The notes under the pieces: model-generated | The model's input: the letters and a program-made list of their open reading frames with translations, nothing else | What the model was told of the DNA's origin: nothing | The model's database searches: none | Program-made: the position numbers and the translations under genes | IMG/VR virus record: IMGVR_UViG_2703718809_000015 | Direction: 5' to 3' (one strand) | From: a virus | Taxonomy: Duplodnaviria; Heunggongvirae; Uroviricota; Caudoviricetes | Length of the DNA: 20,934 bases | Shown here: positions 16,811 to 20,934 of the stretch, in pieces | Layout of the letters: every line of letters starts with the position of its first letter | Position numbering within the stretch: position 1 is the first letter of the stretch

Positions 16811-17163
16811 ATGTTTTCGAAATGGAAGGGTTTCTTCGCGGGATATGTGTACCGCGAGATCTGAAAGTAAACGAAACAAATGCTGAGTATCTGGTGCGTA
16901 AATTCGATGCGCTTGAAGCTAAATGTGCGGCACTGGAAAACAAAATAATACCAGTGTCAGTTGAACTGCCACCATCAAATGAAAGTGTTATGTTATTTGA
17001 TGCTAACGGAGAAGGCTGGCTAATTGGCTGGCGTTCTCTCTGGTACACCTGGGGACAAAAAGAAACCGGAGAATGGCAGTGGACATTTCAGGTCGGGGAC
17101 CTTGAAAACATCAATATCACTCACTGGGCAGTAATGCCGAAAGCACCGGAGGCTGGGGCATAA
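16801..17163 (+). CDS. yfdS: YfdS-like protein, 120 aa
   Basis: Overlaps the end of the yfdR-like gene; length and position match. Confidence 0.5.
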   Translation: MRMNVFEMEGFLRGICVPRDLKVNETNAEYLVRKFDALEAKCAALENKIIPVSVELPPSNESVMLFDANGEGWLIGWRSLWYTWGQKETGEWQWTFQVGDLENINITHWAVMPKAPEAGA

Positions 17164-17783
17164 TGACCACTTTCACCGATAAGGAACTGATTAAAGAAAT
17201 CAAAGAACGAATCGGCAGCTTAGACGTGCGAGACAATGTTGAGCGCCGTGCTTATGAAATTGCTCTGGCATCACTGGAAGCAGAGCCGGTGGCGTGGCTT
17301 CATTCAGACAATGGCTTAGGTATTCCGGCAATAACCAGGAGCAAAAACATTGCTGACAGTTGGTTATCAAGGGGCTGGTATGTTCAGCCGCTATATATGG
17401 CTCAGCCAGTGTCGGTGGTGCCGGATGCTCTTCCGTCTTTAAATAATGGCATAGTCGGCTTTGATGAAGGCTGGAACGCCTGCCGCGCCGTCATGCTTCA
17501 TGGTGCCGAACCTGTAAGCCAGACTTACAAGTTGAACAAGCTGTCGGGCAACTCTCCGGTAACTCCGGATGGTTGGATAAGCTGTAGTGAGCGAATGCCG
17601 AACGATAAACAGTATGTTTGGTGTTGGGGGAAGCCTTACAGCTGGACTGAGTGCGATACCTTCGAAGGGTATTACGATTGGTCGAGAAACAAATGGTGGG
17701 CAGTTACTGACGATGGGGAAGAACCGGCATCGAAAGTAACCCACTGGATGCCGCTACCGGAGCCACCGCAGGAGGTGAAGTAA
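17163..17783 (+). CDS. DUF551-domain phage protein, 206 aa
   Basis: C-terminal VTHWMPLPEPP motif typical of DUF551; start overlaps the preceding stop. Confidence 0.55.
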   Translation: MTTFTDKELIKEIKERIGSLDVRDNVERRAYEIALASLEAEPVAWLHSDNGLGIPAITRSKNIADSWLSRGWYVQPLYMAQPVSVVPDALPSLNNGIVGFDEGWNACRAVMLHGAEPVSQTYKLNKLSGNSPVTPDGWISCSERMPNDKQYVWCWGKPYSWTECDTFEGYYDWSRNKWWAVTDDGEEPASKVTHWMPLPEPPQEVK

Positions 17784-17977
17784 TGAACAACTTAATGACA
17801 ACTAAACAAGTCGCCGACTTCTGTGGCGTTTCAGTATCGACCGTTCTTCGATGGAACAGCGTAAACAGGAGAACTGGCCAGAAATACAGGCCTGAGTTTC
17901 CAGATCCTGATATTAAATCCTGCCCAAACAAATGGGCATCTCACAAGATTTATAGATTTGCTGGAGTCATTGAGTAG
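17783..17977 (+). CDS. AlpA/Xis-like small HTH protein (candidate excisionase or prophage regulator), 64 aa
   Basis: TTKQVADFCGVSVSTVLRW helix-turn-helix followed by an FPDP motif; last gene of the early-left operon, near int. Confidence 0.55.
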   Translation: MNNLMTTKQVADFCGVSVSTVLRWNSVNRRTGQKYRPEFPDPDIKSCPNKWASHKIYRFAGVIE

Positions 17978-18351
17978 TGGGTATTAACTCAGATGTGAAC
18001 TGACACATCTATGGCACAGAGCCAAACCTAATCTGACAGCCCGCCCTGTGCCAAAAGCAGAAGTTGCAAAATGTATTGTCTAAATGAACAGGAAGCAACT
18101 CAGAAGCTTGTTTATATGTATCCTCATAAAATTATCACTGCCGATTAGTTAATCGCTTATACATGTTAGGTTGGAGTGGGATTAGATTGTAAGTGTAGCC
18201 TTCGGCTTAACTAACTAAGACTTCTTCCGTATAAGGTTATATGAATGCTGGAGGATTATTGTAATTTAAAATGAACAGCGTTAGTGAGTCTTGCAATCAA
18301 TCATTTTTTCAGTTATTTTAATCAAAAATTTGCTTTCAGGTAAGAAATAAA

Positions 18352-19347
18352 ATGATAGACTTACTTAACCTTATTCATTATATTACCAAAAAAAACAGAA
18401 TCATGATGATTTTTATCACATTCATGATTACATTAGTGATGATTCCTGTGCTTATATCTTCACTTTCACATATTCAACAAGAATCTTTATTACTAATAAA
18501 TTTAATAAATGAGAAGAAGGATTTTATTTTATTCGCGATAACTATCCTAGTCTTCCTTGCTTCTTTTGTCGCAATAATGACCTCTTATTTAAACAAAGGA
18601 ATTGGTGGAAAAGACATTGAAAAAACGAGCCACATTCTTTACAAAGAAATAATTAAACTAAATAAAAGATTGAGCGAGATTGAAAATAAAACATCTTCCG
18701 GAGTTTCCGTTGAAATAACAGAGAGCGAAAGGAATAAGTTAATATCAGATGCAAAAAAAAGAATAATTGGAAACACATTGCTTCTAGCAGATAACAGCCT
18801 CAAGAGCGATATATCTGATTTTAAGAAAAGCTATAGCTTACATAAACTCCATACTGATATGATTCTAAGATTAGAGTCTGAAATAGACAGACTCAATCGA
18901 CGTGGTGGGCTTAACCTTGCAATTGGAACAATAATTGCGCTAACAGGTATATTATCTCTTGCTTACTTTCTTTACAGCGCACCAGATATTGTAGATGGAG
19001 TGGACTTTTTTATTCATCACCTTCCTAAATTATCATTTGTAATAGTCGTTGAATTGTTTGCTTATTTTTTTCTACGCCTCTATAAAAATGGATTTGACGA
19101 AATAAAATACTTTCAGAATGAAATCACAAATATTGAGATGAAAGCTATGTCTCTAAAGTATGCTCAAGAATTCAAAAACGAAGACATAATAAAAGAGTTG
19201 GCAATGCATTTAATGAAGACAGAAAGAAATTTCATATTAGAAAAGGGACAAACTACAGTTTCTATTGAGAAAGATAGGCTGCAGAATTTAACTGACTCGA
19301 AGATAACAACTATGATATCGGAAATTATAAAGCTAAAACAAAAGTGA
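18352..19347 (+). CDS. AT-rich cargo gene: 331-aa predicted four-helix membrane protein with a central coiled-coil-like region; unknown function
   Basis: Markedly lower GC than the flanks; hydrophobic helices near residues 17-40, 57-79, 186-209 and 218-240; K/E/I/L-rich region between; candidate promoter TTGCAA at 18288-18293, 17 nt, TATTTT at 18311-18316. Confidence 0.6.
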   Translation: MIDLLNLIHYITKKNRIMMIFITFMITLVMIPVLISSLSHIQQESLLLINLINEKKDFILFAITILVFLASFVAIMTSYLNKGIGGKDIEKTSHILYKEIIKLNKRLSEIENKTSSGVSVEITESERNKLISDAKKRIIGNTLLLADNSLKSDISDFKKSYSLHKLHTDMILRLESEIDRLNRRGGLNLAIGTIIALTGILSLAYFLYSAPDIVDGVDFFIHHLPKLSFVIVVELFAYFFLRLYKNGFDEIKYFQNEITNIEMKAMSLKYAQEFKNEDIIKELAMHLMKTERNFILEKGQTTVSIEKDRLQNLTDSKITTMISEIIKLKQK

Positions 19348-19426
19348 AATATAGTATAAAAATATTGCCTGATAGAGAAAATCGCTTTAAATTTATTGAG
19401 TTCACATTCTAATATAAAATGCTAAT

Positions 19427-19504
19427 GATCCTATTTAGTTATTGTTAGAGATTTTCTGGATTTTCGCCTTTTGGAGAGCAAGAACAATAACTATGAATAG
19501 GATC
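19427..19504. repeat. Long inverted repeat (about 20-bp arms, 36-nt spacer) between the cargo gene and int
   Basis: GATCCTATTTAGTTATTGTT (19427-19446) pairs with AACAATAACTATGAATAGGATC (19483-19504), with a 2-nt bulge. Confidence 0.6.
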
Positions 19505-19710
19505 ATTAGTGATGACTTAAATTCGTTCACTATAAATTGCATACCACCATCTAATCTTCGATGAGTTTTTATTCAATGAATAATTGAATGGTTATAGTCT
19601 TCAGAAGCAATATTGAACTGCATCCCGTTGCTTCAAAGAAAATTCTGTTAGTAATGTCCGCAACTCAATGCGGACTATCAAATTTTATTGCATATGGACT
19701 ATGCAAAATA

Positions 19711-20934
19711 TCAGTTGGTATCTGAGATAGTACAAGTAACTATCGATTTAACCCTATTCCACCATGCCAAGTAAGCTTTACGCTGTTCATCTAGATAATC
19801 GTTCTTGTCATAAACCTGCCATACCCCTGGCAGCTTATGACCAAGCATGATTTCTGCGATATGAGGCGTAGTAAGATCAGAAAAATTTGTTCGTGCTGTC
19901 CGTCTCAAGTCATGAAGAGACCAATGAGGAAATTGATATCCTAAACGCCGCCACGCGTACTGCATTAAATTGTAAGGCAGCGACTGTAATGATGTCCTAC
20001 CGACTGGCTCCCTACTTCCTTCCTTAGTAAAAAGCATATCGGAACCGTTATTCATAGAGATAACGTATTTTATAAGCTCTTCAACTGGTTCAATAATGGG
20101 CCGCTTTAGCGGTTCGCCTGTTATGTCCCCTGTCTTATGTCGTTCAGGTGGTACAGTCCATACTTTATTAATGAAATCAAAATCATCCACCCTAGCAGTA
20201 ATTAGCTCCGAACTACGGCAACCAAAATGCAGTAATAGTTTAATGAAGGCCCGGTATTTGGGAACCATTCGAGAGCCATCGATCGCAGCATAAAGAATTT
20301 TAATTTCATCGTGAGTCAGATACCGTTTCTTCTGACCTTTACGGATATCCATATCTTTACCCGTGATATCCGACAGCGGGCGAGTTTCAATAAGCTTTCT
20401 CTTATACGCCCAGACATGGGCCTGCTTTGCGTTAATTAGCAATCGGTCAGCTATTGCTGGAGTCTTAGTGCTAAGAGGCTCCAGGACCTCTAACCAATCA
20501 TGCAATGTAGCTGCATCGTGAGGGATACTCCCGATTTTAGAGAACAGGTGCAGTTCAAATGAGCGGAGTATCTGCTCAGCACCTTTTTTATTTTTTACAC
20601 AATATGCTTCATACCAGGCACGGATCACAGACTCTACCGTCATGGCTTCAGTAGCTTTGCGTTTTTCTGCCTGCTTGACCAATCGTGGATTGCGGTTTGA
20701 CTCGAGTTCACCACGGAGACGGATAACTTCTTCTCTGGCCTCTTTTAATCCAGTTGCCGGGTAAGTTCCGATATCAAGACGCTCACCTTTCCCTGCCCAT
20801 TGATAACGATATTGGAACACTACGCGACCTTTCGGTGATACTCTGACAGACAGACCATCACGATCGGATTTAACCAAAACCTTATCACGTTCCTTTCCAA
20901 CGACTGAACGCAACCACGCATCAGACAGCGCCAT
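19711..20934 (-). CDS. int: Tyrosine site-specific integrase (P4-type), 407 aa; start codon at the last three bases of the window
   Basis: N-terminal arm-binding-type region (MALSDAWLRS...GLSVRVSPKGRVVFQYRYQWAGK); C-terminal catalytic region with conserved R...HDLRRT...LGH...Y pattern (SLHDLRRTARTNF, MLGHKLPGVWQVY). Confidence 0.9.
   Translation of the reverse strand: MALSDAWLRSVVGKERDKVLVKSDRDGLSVRVSPKGRVVFQYRYQWAGKGERLDIGTYPATGLKEAREEVIRLRGELESNRNPRLVKQAEKRKATEAMTVESVIRAWYEAYCVKNKKGAEQILRSFELHLFSKIGSIPHDAATLHDWLEVLEPLSTKTPAIADRLLINAKQAHVWAYKRKLIETRPLSDITGKDMDIRKGQKKRYLTHDEIKILYAAIDGSRMVPKYRAFIKLLLHFGCRSSELITARVDDFDFINKVWTVPPERHKTGDITGEPLKRPIIEPVEELIKYVISMNNGSDMLFTKEGSREPVGRTSLQSLPYNLMQYAWRRLGYQFPHWSLHDLRRTARTNFSDLTTPHIAEIMLGHKLPGVWQVYDKNDYLDEQRKAYLAWWNRVKSIVTCTISDTN

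Overview
This window reads as one arm of a mosaic lambdoid prophage of Escherichia/Shigella type, running from the lysis cassette to the integrase. Everything here is from reading the sequence and the supplied ORF translations by eye; no searches were run, so family names are recalled, not verified. From left to right: late-region morons (a GnsA/GnsB-family gene and three cold-shock genes cspI, cspB, cspF/H-like); a lysis cassette of the phage-21 type on the minus strand (dual-start pinholin, SAR endolysin, Rz with embedded Rz1); a Q antiterminator with a putative pR'/tR' just downstream; a long, translationally coupled early-right operon on the minus strand (cro-like, CII-like, Rha-domain ORF, O-like replication initiator, PerC-like regulator, Dam-like methyltransferase, LexA-DNA-binding-domain protein, frameshifted rusA, KilA-N protein, DUF968 protein); the oR - cI - oL immunity region; an early-left operon on the plus strand resembling the CPS-53 yfdP-yfdQ-yfdR-yfdS block plus a DUF551 protein and an AlpA/Xis-like gene; a sharply AT-rich cargo island; and a complete P4-type tyrosine integrase ending at the window edge. 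No tRNA, rRNA, CRISPR array or IS element was found. The strongest candidate for an undescribed function is the AT-rich island between xis and int (about 17978-19710), which encodes a 331-aa four-helix membrane protein with a coiled-coil middle that I cannot assign to any family. Next are a possible SOS-linked circuit (a canonical LexA box upstream of the KilA-N gene, plus a phage LexA-like DNA-binding-domain-only protein) and a structured 5' leader with no N-like gene ahead of the early-left operon.
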